From: a virus
Lineage: Duplodnaviria > Caudoviricetes
Direction: 5' to 3' (one strand)
DNA length: 60,104 nt
Virus record (IMG/VR): IMGVR_UViG_3300042545_000094
Coordinates: 1 to 60,104 of that record
In this document: positions 9,755 to 19,603 of the stretch, in pieces
Layout: the number at the start of each line of letters is the position of its first letter
Position numbering within the stretch: position 1 is the first letter of the stretch
Position numbers and translations under genes: made by a program
Notes under the pieces: model-generated
Seen by the model: the letters and a program-made list of their open reading frames with translations, nothing else
Told to the model about the DNA's origin: nothing
Database searches by the model: none

Positions 9755-9767
9755 TTAGGAGCCCACT

Positions 9768-10046
9768 ATGGGAATGCAAACCGATGTAATGGCTAAAAGC
9801 CTAGCCGCGTCAGGTAGCGTTATTGGCAACAGAGTCCGTGTCCGTGGAATGGTAATCGTTCCTGGCACGGGTGCTGGTAGTGTGGTTCTAAAAGATGGTG
9901 GCGCTTCAGGCACTGCTATCATGACAATCCCTACAATTGCCAACGGCGAGCCGTTTAACGTGGTTATACCTGCTGAAGGCGTTTTGTTTGAAACCGATGT
10001 CTATGCAACATTGACAGACGCTGGTGTGACGGTGTTTTATGCCTAA
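9768..10046 (+). CDS. Hypothetical structural protein
   Basis: 92-aa beta-rich ORF; AGGAG RBS. Confidence 0.7.
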   Translation: MGMQTDVMAKSLAASGSVIGNRVRVRGMVIVPGTGAGSVVLKDGGASGTAIMTIPTIANGEPFNVVIPAEGVLFETDVYATLTDAGVTVFYA

Positions 10047-10296
10047 GAAGAAAGGTGTATCTCTAGCGGTAGGTCGTGGTGAAAAGTTACCAGTATCGAA
10101 AGGTGCTGGCTTAACTGCCAAAGGCCGAGCCAAATATAACCGTGAGACAGGCTCTAATCTAAAGGCTCCACAGCCTGAAGGTGGTGCACGTAAGAAGTCA
10201 TTCTGCGCACGTATGAGCGGTATGCCAGGTCCTATGAAAGATGAAAAAGGTCGTCCAACGAGAAAGGCAGCGTCTCTGAAACGCTGGAAATGCTAA
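10039..10296 (+). CDS. Small basic protein
   Basis: K/R-rich, GLTAKGRAKYN...RKKSFCARM...SLKRWKC. Confidence 0.75.
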   Translation: MPKKKGVSLAVGRGEKLPVSKGAGLTAKGRAKYNRETGSNLKAPQPEGGARKKSFCARMSGMPGPMKDEKGRPTRKAASLKRWKC

Positions 10297-10533
10297 ATGA
10301 GCGATTTGATGGAACAAGCTAGAGAACTCGCTACACACGCGTCTGAGATTCGTCATTTACAAAGTGACATGGATAAGATGGTTGAAGATATGGAAGAAAT
10401 TAAAAAGGCCATTATTGAAATCAACAAGACTCTTTCCGAAGCTAAAGGTGGATGGAAGATGCTGTTGGCCGTTGGTGGCGCAGCTGGTGTAGTAGGTAGT
10501 GGCATTACTTGGCTAGTTAGCCACTGGAAATAA
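10297..10533 (+). CDS. Coiled-coil protein with C-terminal transmembrane segment
   Basis: Heptad region followed by hydrophobic WKMLLAVGGAAGVVGSGITWLV. Confidence 0.7.
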   Translation: MSDLMEQARELATHASEIRHLQSDMDKMVEDMEEIKKAIIEINKTLSEAKGGWKMLLAVGGAAGVVGSGITWLVSHWK

Positions 10534-10534
10534 C

Positions 10535-10867
10535 ATGCCAAGTGTATCAAAGAAGCAGCATAACCTGATGAGCGCGGCAGCTCATAATCCTGCGTTTGCT
10601 AAAAAGGTTGGCGTGCCTGTTAAGGTAGCCAAAGAATTTAACCAAGCCGATAAAGGCAAAAAATTTAAAGAAGGTGGTCCTATGAAACATTCAGATATGG
10701 CACAAGACAAACCAATGATGAAAAAAGTAGCAGCTGAGGCTGTGAAAGGTCATGAAAAGAAGATGCACAAGATGGCTAAAGGCGGTGTAACTCGTGCTGA
10801 TGGCTGTGCTACTAAAGGCCATACAAAGGGCAAAATGATTGCCATGCGTAAAGGCGGGGCTTGCTAA
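10535..10867 (+). CDS. Small basic protein with three xxxGG motifs
   Basis: Contains FKEGG, MAKGG, MRKGG and RADGCATKG. Confidence 0.75.
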   Translation: MPSVSKKQHNLMSAAAHNPAFAKKVGVPVKVAKEFNQADKGKKFKEGGPMKHSDMAQDKPMMKKVAAEAVKGHEKKMHKMAKGGVTRADGCATKGHTKGKMIAMRKGGAC

Positions 10868-11100
10868 TGAAAGCCCTAAAAGACTTAAGCGACAAAGCTA
10901 GCGATTATCTAGACAAAAAAGGTCTAGCAAATCCTGCCGAGGTTGTTAATGAAACTTTTGGTGGCGAGACTCGTGAAGAGTCTAAAAAACGTCGTGAAGC
11001 TCCTAAAGAATCTAAAGCAGAACCAAAGAAAATGCGTGCTGGTGGTACAGCTTCTAGCCGCGCTGATGGCTGCGCTATTCGTGGGAAAACGAGGGCTTAA
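10867..11100 (+). CDS. Small basic protein with xxxGG motif
   Basis: Contains MRAGG and RADGCAIRGKT; TAATG overlap with the previous gene. Confidence 0.75.
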   Translation: MKALKDLSDKASDYLDKKGLANPAEVVNETFGGETREESKKRREAPKESKAEPKKMRAGGTASSRADGCAIRGKTRA

Positions 11101-11102
11101 AT

Positions 11103-11357
11103 ATGAGACCAAGTCGTGGGATGGGGGCGATAGCCCCTTCTAAGATGCCTGGCAAAAAGATTATCCATCGTAAGGACAATCCAAATGACGTCGAAATGTA
11201 TGCTGCTGGTGGCAAAATTGGGCTCTACGACAATATCCACGCAAAACGAAAGCGTATCGCAGAAGGTTCTGGTGAGCGGATGCGAAGCAAAGGTGCTAAA
11301 GGTGCCCCTACTGCTGAGGCTTTCAAGCAATCAGCTAAAACAGCAAGGAAAAAATAA
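11103..11357 (+). CDS. Small basic protein with xxxGG motif
   Basis: Contains YAAGG and GLYDNIHAKRKRI. Confidence 0.75.
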   Translation: MRPSRGMGAIAPSKMPGKKIIHRKDNPNDVEMYAAGGKIGLYDNIHAKRKRIAEGSGERMRSKGAKGAPTAEAFKQSAKTARKK

Positions 11358-12289
11358 TGTCGACTAGTGGCTCTACCGCGTTTAACTTAGAGTTTCGTGA
11401 CATAGCCGAAGAGGCTTATGAGCGTTGCGGGATAGAGATTCGTTCAGGTTACGACCTAAGAACGGCGCGCCGTTCTATGAACTTGCTTTTAATCGAGTGG
11501 GCAAATCGTGGTGTCAACTTGTGGACTGTTGAACAAGGCCAAATCCCTATGGTTACTGGCCAGGGTTTGTACCCTCTTCCAGTTGATACAGTTGACTTGA
11601 TGGATATGGTTATCCGTCAAAACAACGCCAATACAAGCAATCAGATTGACATTAATATCAGTCGTATTGCTGAACCAACATATATGTCGATTCCTAATAA
11701 ATTGACTACAGGACGCCCTATTCAGGTGTATGTGAACCGTCAGTCTGGGATGGACAATGCTACATCTATTACTCTTAGCGGCAATATTACTGCTACCGAT
11801 ACTTCTATCGCTCTTAGCTCTACTACAGGTCTAGCCACTACAGGATTTATTAAGATTGATTCTGAAACTATTGGCTACTCTAATATTGTTGGTAATACTT
11901 TAACTAACTGCTATCGTGGGCAGAATGGCACTACAGCTGTATTACATTTAAGCGGTGCCGCAATTATTAAACAAAACCTCCCATGTATTAACGTATGGCC
12001 TACTCCTAACCCTCCTGGCGACCAGTACTTGTTTGTGTATTACAGACTACGCCGCATGCAGGACGCTGGTGAAGGCGGTGCATATGAGCAGGATATTCCG
12101 TTCCGTTTGATTCCTTGCACAGTTGCGGGGTTGGCGTATTACCTTTCTATGAAGAAGCCTGAAGTGACTCCTGACCGTATTGCTATGTTAAAAGCTGATT
12201 ATGAGCAGCAATGGGACTTGGCGTCTTCTGAAGACCGAGATAAAGCTCCAATACGTTTTGTACCTAGAAACATGTTCTATTACAGATAA
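11357..12289 (+). CDS. Probable head-to-tail adaptor with an inserted beta domain
   Basis: Adaptor-like N- and C-terminal helices, WPTP motif and a Thr-rich central insert; positional support. Confidence 0.6.
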   Translation: MSTSGSTAFNLEFRDIAEEAYERCGIEIRSGYDLRTARRSMNLLLIEWANRGVNLWTVEQGQIPMVTGQGLYPLPVDTVDLMDMVIRQNNANTSNQIDINISRIAEPTYMSIPNKLTTGRPIQVYVNRQSGMDNATSITLSGNITATDTSIALSSTTGLATTGFIKIDSETIGYSNIVGNTLTNCYRGQNGTTAVLHLSGAAIIKQNLPCINVWPTPNPPGDQYLFVYYRLRRMQDAGEGGAYEQDIPFRLIPCTVAGLAYYLSMKKPEVTPDRIAMLKADYEQQWDLASSEDRDKAPIRFVPRNMFYYR

Positions 12290-12711
12290 TGCCTAATCAA
12301 TTTGCGTCCGGTAAGTATGCAATTGCTCAATGCGACCGGTGTGATGGTCGATACAAGCTAAAAGAGTTGCGTACACAAACAGTAAAGACCAAACCTTTTA
12401 AAATTAAGGTTTGTAAGACTTGCTGGGACCCTGACCATCCACAGTTGCAGTTAGGTATGTATCCAGTAAATGACCCACAGGCAGTGCGTGAACCACGCCC
12501 TGATTTAAGTTATTTGCAATCTGGTACAACTGGATTGCAAGAATTACTAACGGATAGTACTAGCCAGTTGGGTATTGGCTATCCTAGTGATGGTAGCAGA
12601 CAAATTCAGTGGGGTTGGGCGCCTGTAGGTATGGGCAACGATGGTGGTTTAACACCAAATAACTTGGTTGCCAACGGAAATGTTGGTATAGTCACAGTAA
12701 CAACTAATTAG
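12289..12711 (+). CDS. Hypothetical protein with CxxC pairs
   Basis: CDRC...CKTC; coupled to the previous gene. Confidence 0.7.
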   Translation: MPNQFASGKYAIAQCDRCDGRYKLKELRTQTVKTKPFKIKVCKTCWDPDHPQLQLGMYPVNDPQAVREPRPDLSYLQSGTTGLQELLTDSTSQLGIGYPSDGSRQIQWGWAPVGMGNDGGLTPNNLVANGNVGIVTVTTN

Positions 12712-12719
12712 GAGTAATC

Positions 12720-12914
12720 ATGGGTTATAAATCAGGTGCAGATGGCATTACTAAACAAGGCAAAACTAAGGGTAAAAACCTTGGTAATTCAGGTCCATCA
12801 GTAGGTATTGAAAATGGCCCAAAGAGCACAGGCTCTAAAGGTGGCAAGACCAATACTGATATGAAAAAAATGGGTCGCGGTCTTGCAAAGATTGCTGCTC
12901 AAAAGAAAGGCTAA
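12720..12914 (+). CDS. Small basic protein
   Basis: Contains GADGITKQGKTKG; AGGAG RBS. Confidence 0.7.
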   Translation: MGYKSGADGITKQGKTKGKNLGNSGPSVGIENGPKSTGSKGGKTNTDMKKMGRGLAKIAAQKKG

Positions 12915-12916
12915 TC

Positions 12917-13177
12917 ATGGGATACAGCATGAAAAAAGGCGGGAAAGAAGTAGGCCCAGCGTCTGTTTATGCCGAGCCACATACTATGGATGGTAAAAAG
13001 ATGAAAAACGCTAAAGATGCGGTGACTAAGCCTGGCAACGGCGTAGACAAGTTTAATATGTCTGTTGGTGGGATTAGCAAAGGTAACTATGAAGTTATCA
13101 ACAAAAACGGCGAAATGAAGATTCGTGGTACTGGTGCAGCTACTAAAGGCACTAAAGCTAGAGGCCCGATGGCGTAA
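12917..13177 (+). CDS. Small basic protein
   Basis: Contains MKKGG and RGTGAATKG. Confidence 0.7.
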   Translation: MGYSMKKGGKEVGPASVYAEPHTMDGKKMKNAKDAVTKPGNGVDKFNMSVGGISKGNYEVINKNGEMKIRGTGAATKGTKARGPMA

Positions 13178-13178
13178 T

Positions 13179-13691
13179 ATGCCGTATAAAGACCCTAAAG
13201 ACCCTCGTAAAATTGCGTACAACAAAGCATGGTACAAAGCCAATGCGGAAAAAATACGCGCTTACGGAGAGGTCTATCGGGCGGCTAACAAAGAAAAGTT
13301 ATTAGAAAAGCGTAAACGCCAATATGCCGAGAGTAAAGAAATTGAAAACATTCGAGGTAGAGAATGGCATGCTGCTAACAAAGATAGTGTAGCAGTTAGA
13401 AAAAGAACGTATAGAGCGAATAACAAAGCAATTATTAATGCTAACGCGGCTAAAAGACGCGCAGCACAGCAAACACCTAGTTGGTTATCTAAGTTTGATA
13501 AGCTAAAAATACGATGTGTTTACTCTGTTGCAACCATGCTTACACGGGAAAATAACGAACCTTGGCATGTAGACCATATCGTTCCATTACAAGGTAAATT
13601 AGTGTGTGGACTCCATACCCCAAATAACCTACAATTTATTAAAGCTGAACACAATTTAGCAAAAAGCAATACATACGAGGGTAAACCCTAA
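13179..13691 (+). CDS. HNH endonuclease (free-standing homing-type)
   Basis: WHVDHIVPL...CGLHTPNNLQ...N; basic repeated N-terminal helices. Confidence 0.85.
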   Translation: MPYKDPKDPRKIAYNKAWYKANAEKIRAYGEVYRAANKEKLLEKRKRQYAESKEIENIRGREWHAANKDSVAVRKRTYRANNKAIINANAAKRRAAQQTPSWLSKFDKLKIRCVYSVATMLTRENNEPWHVDHIVPLQGKLVCGLHTPNNLQFIKAEHNLAKSNTYEGKP

Positions 13692-14380
13692 TGAATTACG
13701 CAACTCTGTTTGAAACGATAAAAGGCTACACGGAAAACGACTTTCCAAATCAACAGTGGACTGACACCACTGGTAATAGCACAGTTACGCTCACTCAAAA
13801 AGAGCAAATTGACACTTTTATTCGCCAGGCAGAACAGCGTATTTATAATTCTGTACAACTACCCGTAGCACGTAAAAACGTTACAGGTTTATTAACTACA
13901 GGTAATAAATACTTAAATGTACCGACGGATTGGCTGTCTACATTTTCTTTAGCCGTAATCCATCCTGTTACACAAGCCCAAACGTATCTTTTAAACAAAG
14001 ACGTTGAATATATACGTGAGTGCTACCCACCCCCAGATACCCCTGGTACCCCACAGTACTACGCTATTTTTGACAATACGACGTTTATTCTAGGTCCAAC
14101 ACCTGACGCAGGCTACAACATGGAGTTGCATTATTACGGCTACCCAACTTCTATTGTCGATGCTGTAGGTGGCACTACTTGGCTAGGTAATAACTTTGAC
14201 TCTGTTTTACTTTACGGTTCCCTCTTGGAAGCATATACTTTCATGAAAGGCGAAGCTGATGTAATTCAAAATTATCTAGGTCGATATAACGAAGCTCTGA
14301 TGCAACTGAAACAGTTGGGTGAAGGTAAAGACCGTCAAGATACTTATAGAACTATGCAAGCAAGGGTGCCAGTACAATGA
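13691..14380 (+). CDS. Probable tail tubular/adaptor protein
   Basis: GTPQYY, LGPTPD and LLYGSLLEA pattern; located in the tail module. Confidence 0.6.
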   Translation: MNYATLFETIKGYTENDFPNQQWTDTTGNSTVTLTQKEQIDTFIRQAEQRIYNSVQLPVARKNVTGLLTTGNKYLNVPTDWLSTFSLAVIHPVTQAQTYLLNKDVEYIRECYPPPDTPGTPQYYAIFDNTTFILGPTPDAGYNMELHYYGYPTSIVDAVGGTTWLGNNFDSVLLYGSLLEAYTFMKGEADVIQNYLGRYNEALMQLKQLGEGKDRQDTYRTMQARVPVQ

Positions 14381-14667
14381 ACTTCGACTCAGTAGATGGA
14401 TTTCTAGGTGGCAATGTTTTAGTTCAGTCAACGTCTGGACGTGGGTTTACACCTGAAGAATTGGCTGAAATGGCGCTAGATAAGATTGTTTATGTGGGTT
14501 CTAAATCTCACCCAGTAATTCGTGAGCAGGCGGAAGCCTTCAAAAACAATCTTAGAGTTGTACTACTGCAGTATTTGAAACAAGCGGTGCACTCAGACCG
14601 CACGACCATTGCTAATCGTTTGAGAGAAGCTGGTCATCCTGAGTTAACTATTTTATTAAAAGATTAA
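14377..14667 (+). CDS. Hypothetical protein
   Basis: 96-aa ORF with ATGA overlap. Confidence 0.7.
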   Translation: MNFDSVDGFLGGNVLVQSTSGRGFTPEELAEMALDKIVYVGSKSHPVIREQAEAFKNNLRVVLLQYLKQAVHSDRTTIANRLREAGHPELTILLKD

Positions 14668-15092
14668 TGGAAACAAGGACGTGTAACGTCTGCAAAGAAG
14701 TTAAAGAAGCTGGGTTTTTTACCCGTAGAAAGACGCATCGCCCTGGAAAATTAGTATCTGTGTGCACACCTTGTAAAGTTAATTACAACAAAGCACGTAG
14801 AGAGCATAACCCAGAGCAAGTAGCTGAAATAGAACGGCGTAGTAAGTTTAAAAGACAATATGGTATTTCGCTTGAACAATATGGTGAAATGCTAGAAAAT
14901 CAAGGCGGCGGATGTGCTATATGTGGTACAACTAAGCCTAGTGAAAGAACTAAGTACTTTGCAGTAGACCACTGCCATAGTACGAGTAAAGTAAGAGGCC
15001 TTTTATGTTCCAAATGCAATCGAGGTCTTGGTTTATTTAACGACACGCCAGAGCGATTAAAAGCCGCGGCTAAATATTTAATAGGAGGCTAA
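14667..15092 (+). CDS. Endonuclease VII-like (His-Me finger) endonuclease
   Basis: YGI...Q.G.CAIC...VDHCH...VRGLLC..CN..LG. Confidence 0.9.
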   Translation: METRTCNVCKEVKEAGFFTRRKTHRPGKLVSVCTPCKVNYNKARREHNPEQVAEIERRSKFKRQYGISLEQYGEMLENQGGGCAICGTTKPSERTKYFAVDHCHSTSKVRGLLCSKCNRGLGLFNDTPERLKAAAKYLIGG

Positions 15093-15093
15093 A

Positions 15094-15570
15094 TTGGCCA
15101 TCACTCAAAGTATGTGCACATCTTTCAAAGCCCAGCTTTTGCTAGGTGCTCACGATTTCCGTCCTTCAGCCCAAGCTGGCGCAGATACATTTAAACTAGC
15201 TTTGTATACATCTTCAGCTTCATTAGATGCTAATACAACTACTTATACAGGTGCAGATGAGGCTACTGGTGTTACAACTGGTGGTTTAGCCCTAACTAAC
15301 ATTGGTGTTGGTGCAACAACTATTAACGCTACTGCTGGTACAGGTTTTACAGACTTTGCGGATTTAACATTCACAAACGTAACTACAACGGCTCGTGGCG
15401 CATTAATTTACAACACAACACCTTCTACTAATGACAATGCTAACGTTGCGCTAACTAATGCAGCTGTTTGTGTATTAGATTTTGGTGGCGACAAGACTTC
15501 AACTGCGGGCGACTTTACTATTATTTTCCCAACATTTGATGCATCAAGCGCGATTATCCGTATTGCTTAA
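15094..15570 (+). CDS. Tail-associated structural protein
   Basis: TTG start with GGAGG RBS; FKLALYT, RGALIYN, VLDFGGDK. Confidence 0.65.
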   Translation: MAITQSMCTSFKAQLLLGAHDFRPSAQAGADTFKLALYTSSASLDANTTTYTGADEATGVTTGGLALTNIGVGATTINATAGTGFTDFADLTFTNVTTTARGALIYNTTPSTNDNANVALTNAAVCVLDFGGDKTSTAGDFTIIFPTFDASSAIIRIA

Positions 15571-15583
15571 ATAGAGGCTTAAA

Positions 15584-17824
15584 ATGGCGTTAGTCTTAAA
15601 AGACCGCGTAAAAGAAACTACTGCCACTACCGGTACAGGCACCCTATCATTATTAGGTGCTTCTACTGGCTATCAAGCATTTTCTGCTATTGGTGATGGT
15701 AATACGTGTTATTACGCCATTTCGTCTTCCGGGGGAAGTGAATGGGAAGTAGGTGTTGGAACCTACACAGCTTCTGGCACTACACTTAGTCGAGATACTA
15801 TTCTTGAGTCTTCAACAGGTGGCGGCGCTATTAGCTTGTCCGCTGGGGTTAAAGACGTCTATGTAGTCTACCCAGCTGAAAAAGGTGTTTGGTTAGATGC
15901 TTCTGGTAACGTGGTGCAGAACCAGTTTACTAGTATGAATGTCACAGGCACGGCTACTATTAACGTAGCTACTCTGACTTCAGGCACTATTTCTACAACA
16001 CCAAACATAGGCAATGATATTGCCAATAAAACTTACGTAGATAATTTGGTGTCTTCTGGTATTTCGTACCATGAACCTGTTAAATATGAAGTACCTAATA
16101 CTACTGGTAATTTAACTGCAACTTACTATAACGGCCCTTCAAATGATGGAGTGGGGGCGACACTTACCAATTCTGGTACTCAAGTAGCTTTTGCTCCTGA
16201 TGGCCCTACGGCTTCTCAGTTTGACCGAGTTCTTATTTATAACCAGACTAACGCGTATGAAAACGGTGTCTATGAGGTATCAACAGTAGGTTCAGGCTCT
16301 ACTAATTGGGTATTAACTCGCACTACTGACGCAGATTCATATGCTGTAAAAGACCCTAATGCTCTTGGTAATGGTGATGCTTTTTTTGTTACCTCTGGTA
16401 ATACAGGCGCTGGGGAGACCTATGTATGTAATACAGTAGGGGTCATTACATTTGGCACAACAGCAATTAACTTTGCACAGGTTAGTTCCGCACAGATTTA
16501 CTCCGCTGGTACTGGTTTAAATCTAAATAACACAACTTTTAGTATTGCAGCCACGGGTATAACTGCTAATACATATGGTTCAGCTAGTGAAGTTGCACAA
16601 ATTACATTTAATACCCAAGGCCAAGCCACTGCGGTTAATAACGTAGCTATTGCAATCACAGCATCCAACGTATCTGGCTTAGCGGCTTCTGCAACAACAG
16701 ATACAACTAACGCTTCAAACATCACTAGCGGTACTTTAGATAATGCCCGTACAAGTGCAACTGCGTCTAACGGTGCAAGCACAATTGTGGCTAGGGATGT
16801 TAACGGTAGCTTTGCAGCTAACTTAGGTGCTTTTGTATCCGTATCGGGCAATGGTTCAGCGGTAACAAGCTTAAACGCCTCAGCTATCTCTACTGGCACA
16901 GTACCTACAGCTCGTCTAGCTTCTGGTACAGCTAATAACACTACGTTCCTACGCGGTGACTCTACTTGGGCGGCCCTATCTGCACCAAACAACGGTACGT
17001 TGACAATGAACGTATCTGGTACAGGCTTGACGGGTTCAGCATCATTTACTGCTGACCAAGCAGGTAATAGTACATTTACTGTTGCTTCAAACGCAACCAG
17101 TGCAAACGGTGGCTCAACAATCGTAGCCCGTGACGCTTCAGGTAACTTTGCAGCGAACACTATTACTGCTACTTTAAACGGTAATGCTTCAACAGCTACA
17201 AGTGCAACTTCAGCTACAAGCGCTACTACGGCTACTACCGCTACTACAGCTAATGCGTTAAATACAGGCAATAACTACCAAGTTAATTCTATCGGAGTAG
17301 GCGCTGCGGCTTCAGGTACAGCAGGGCGCATAAATGCTACTACTGGTGTTTTTACTCCAGGTACTAGTGGTGTTTCCACAGGGGTTACTGTAGTTAATGG
17401 TGATTTGACCACTTATCGTTCTGGGGGAACTACAGGAGTAGTTTATTTAAGCAGCAGTGGGTCTCATTACCTATATTGGGACGGAACAAATTACAATTTA
17501 AACTCGGGTAATCTAGTCTGTACAGGAAACATAACCGCCTATTCTGATGAACACTTAAAGAAAAACTGGCGCCCTGTCCAAGAAGGATTTGTTGAGAAGC
17601 TTGCCCAAGTTAAGTCTGGTATTTATGACCGTACGGATATGGAAGTTACTCAGGCTGGTGTGTCTGCACAAGATATGCAAAAGCTATTAGCTGAAACCGT
17701 ACAAACAGGCGAAGACGGCACTTTATCCCTTGCATACGGTAACGCCGCGCTTGTAGCTGCAATTGAACTAGCAAAACAGGTTGTTGAGCTTAAGAAAGAA
17801 ATTGAACTCCTAAAGGCTAAATAA
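15584..17824 (+). CDS. Tail fibre with C-terminal intramolecular chaperone (peptidase S74-like)
   Basis: Thr/Ala/Gly/Ser-rich shaft; GNITAY-SDEHLKKN autocleavage motif, GVSAQD and a terminal coiled coil. Confidence 0.85.
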   Translation: MALVLKDRVKETTATTGTGTLSLLGASTGYQAFSAIGDGNTCYYAISSSGGSEWEVGVGTYTASGTTLSRDTILESSTGGGAISLSAGVKDVYVVYPAEKGVWLDASGNVVQNQFTSMNVTGTATINVATLTSGTISTTPNIGNDIANKTYVDNLVSSGISYHEPVKYEVPNTTGNLTATYYNGPSNDGVGATLTNSGTQVAFAPDGPTASQFDRVLIYNQTNAYENGVYEVSTVGSGSTNWVLTRTTDADSYAVKDPNALGNGDAFFVTSGNTGAGETYVCNTVGVITFGTTAINFAQVSSAQIYSAGTGLNLNNTTFSIAATGITANTYGSASEVAQITFNTQGQATAVNNVAIAITASNVSGLAASATTDTTNASNITSGTLDNARTSATASNGASTIVARDVNGSFAANLGAFVSVSGNGSAVTSLNASAISTGTVPTARLASGTANNTTFLRGDSTWAALSAPNNGTLTMNVSGTGLTGSASFTADQAGNSTFTVASNATSANGGSTIVARDASGNFAANTITATLNGNASTATSATSATSATTATTATTANALNTGNNYQVNSIGVGAAASGTAGRINATTGVFTPGTSGVSTGVTVVNGDLTTYRSGGTTGVVYLSSSGSHYLYWDGTNYNLNSGNLVCTGNITAYSDEHLKKNWRPVQEGFVEKLAQVKSGIYDRTDMEVTQAGVSAQDMQKLLAETVQTGEDGTLSLAYGNAALVAAIELAKQVVELKKEIELLKAK

Positions 17825-18792
17825 TGTTCGCCGATTTTCCCTTAGCCGGAGCCCCGTTTGCCTCGCTAGGGAGTACTGGGGTTAGCGTAGCCGTTGCGGT
17901 TACGGGCGTAGAAGCACAAGGTCAAGTATCCGCCCCTACTGCGTTTATAGGTACTGCCAATGTATTCCCAACAGGGGTCACTAGTACGGGTGAAGTTGGC
18001 ACTGTAGAAATTGACGCTAAGGCTAATCTATTCCCAACAGGAGTCACTGGTACTGGCGAAGTTGGCAATGTTCAAACCTCTGCTAAAGCTAATGTATTCG
18101 TAACAGGCATAGAAGCTCAAGGGTTCTTAGGCACCGTAGAAGTTGACGCTAAAGCTAATGTATTCGTAACAGGCGTAGAAGCACGAGGGTTCTTAGGAAC
18201 TACAGAAGTTGACGCTAAAGCTAATGTATTCGTAACAGGCGTAGAAGCACGAGGGTTCTTAGGAACTACAGAAGTTGACGCTAAAGCTAATGTATTCATA
18301 ACAGGCGTAGAAGGTTTTACAGAGTTAGGTACAGTAACTCAAAAAACTGTAAATAAAATATTTGTGACGGGTGTGGAAGCTACGGGCTTCCTAGGCACTG
18401 CAGAAGTTGACGCTAAAGCTAATGTATTCCCAACAGGGGTTGTATGCACCGGCCAAATTGGTGCTGCAGCCGTATCAGGTAAAGCCGTAGTAAACGTAAC
18501 TGGCGTTGCTGGCACAGTATTTTTAGGCGTAGAACAAGTCTCTGCCGATGCAAATGTGTTTGTAACTGGCGTTGCTGGCACCGTACTTTTAGGGGTATCT
18601 GGAGCAAGTGGCGACGCAAATGTACAAGTAACTGGAGTTTCTGCCCGCGGAGTGGTGGCAAACGCGTTAGTTTGGGGTAAGATAGACACAAATCAAACAC
18701 CTAACTATACTGATATAAATACCGCGCAGACCGTTAATTGGACTAGTATAAACACTGCACAAACATCAAATTGGACGCCGATAGCGGCCTAG
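17824..18792 (+). CDS. Repeat-rich virion protein (22-aa repeats)
   Basis: About 11 copies of an ANVFVTGVE..G.LG.-type unit. Confidence 0.8.
   Translation: MFADFPLAGAPFASLGSTGVSVAVAVTGVEAQGQVSAPTAFIGTANVFPTGVTSTGEVGTVEIDAKANLFPTGVTGTGEVGNVQTSAKANVFVTGIEAQGFLGTVEVDAKANVFVTGVEARGFLGTTEVDAKANVFVTGVEARGFLGTTEVDAKANVFITGVEGFTELGTVTQKTVNKIFVTGVEATGFLGTAEVDAKANVFPTGVVCTGQIGAAAVSGKAVVNVTGVAGTVFLGVEQVSADANVFVTGVAGTVLLGVSGASGDANVQVTGVSARGVVANALVWGKIDTNQTPNYTDINTAQTVNWTSINTAQTSNWTPIAA
18139..18312 (+). repeat. Near-exact 66-bp tandem repeat
   Basis: GAAGTTGACGCTAAAGCTAATGTATTC... starts at 18139, 18205 and 18271. Confidence 0.95.
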
Positions 18793-18801
18793 GAGTTATA
18801 A

Positions 18802-19593
18802 ATGGCAAGTACGTATTCAAACTTAAAAATCCAACTTATGGCTACTGGAGAAAACTCTGGTATATGGGGTAACGTCACTAACATCAATCTTGGCACAGCT
18901 ATTGAAGAAGCAATTGTCGGTTCAGCAGATGTAGCGTTTTCTAGTGCTAACGTAACTTTGACGCTTTCAGATTCAAACTCCAGCCAGGTCGCGCGTAACT
19001 TGCGATTAAACCTAACAGGTACTACTGCAGGCGCAAGAAATTTGATAGTTCCCGCCATAGAAAAAGTTTATATCGTCAATAACGGATGCGCCGACGCTAT
19101 TACAGTTAAGAACGCTACTGGTACAGGTATTGCGGTGCCAGCTGGCAAAACAATGTGGGTTTACAACACTGGCTCAAACGTAGTTGACGCAGTAACGCAC
19201 CTATCTTCTTTGACTTTAACTACAGTATTACCAATATCATCTGGTGGTACAGGTACAAATCTAACGACATTCTGTAACTTACAATCTAACGTATCAGGTG
19301 TATTACCTAACGCAAATACAACCGCAGCTTCTGCAAACGGTGCTTCAACCATCGTAGCCCGTGACGCTTCAGGTAACTTTAGTGCTGGCACTATTACCGC
19401 TAACTTAACTGGTTTAGCTTCAACTGCTACAAATGCCACTAACGCTACTAGAATCACTAACTCAGGTGGCTGGGGCATAACCCCTTCTGGAACGACTTTG
19501 TTTTTTAGTTACAACGGCACAAACGTTGCTAAGTTAACATCAGCTGGTGATTTAACTGTAATCGGCGACGTAACTGCTTACGGTTCTGTTTAA
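18802..19593 (+). CDS. Second (short) tail fibre-like protein
   Basis: Shares the ANGASTIVARDASGNF module with the 15584 fibre; ends GDVTAYGSV. Confidence 0.7.
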   Translation: MASTYSNLKIQLMATGENSGIWGNVTNINLGTAIEEAIVGSADVAFSSANVTLTLSDSNSSQVARNLRLNLTGTTAGARNLIVPAIEKVYIVNNGCADAITVKNATGTGIAVPAGKTMWVYNTGSNVVDAVTHLSSLTLTTVLPISSGGTGTNLTTFCNLQSNVSGVLPNANTTAASANGASTIVARDASGNFSAGTITANLTGLASTATNATNATRITNSGGWGITPSGTTLFFSYNGTNVAKLTSAGDLTVIGDVTAYGSV

Positions 19594-19603
19594 GGAGTAT
19601 TAA

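Noticed and set aside
16498-17271. Long antisense ORFs (e.g. 16498-17271, 30659-31234, 31766-32356, 57410-57892)
   Set aside because: Shadows of codon-biased genes on the opposite strand, with no RBS or recognisable motifs.
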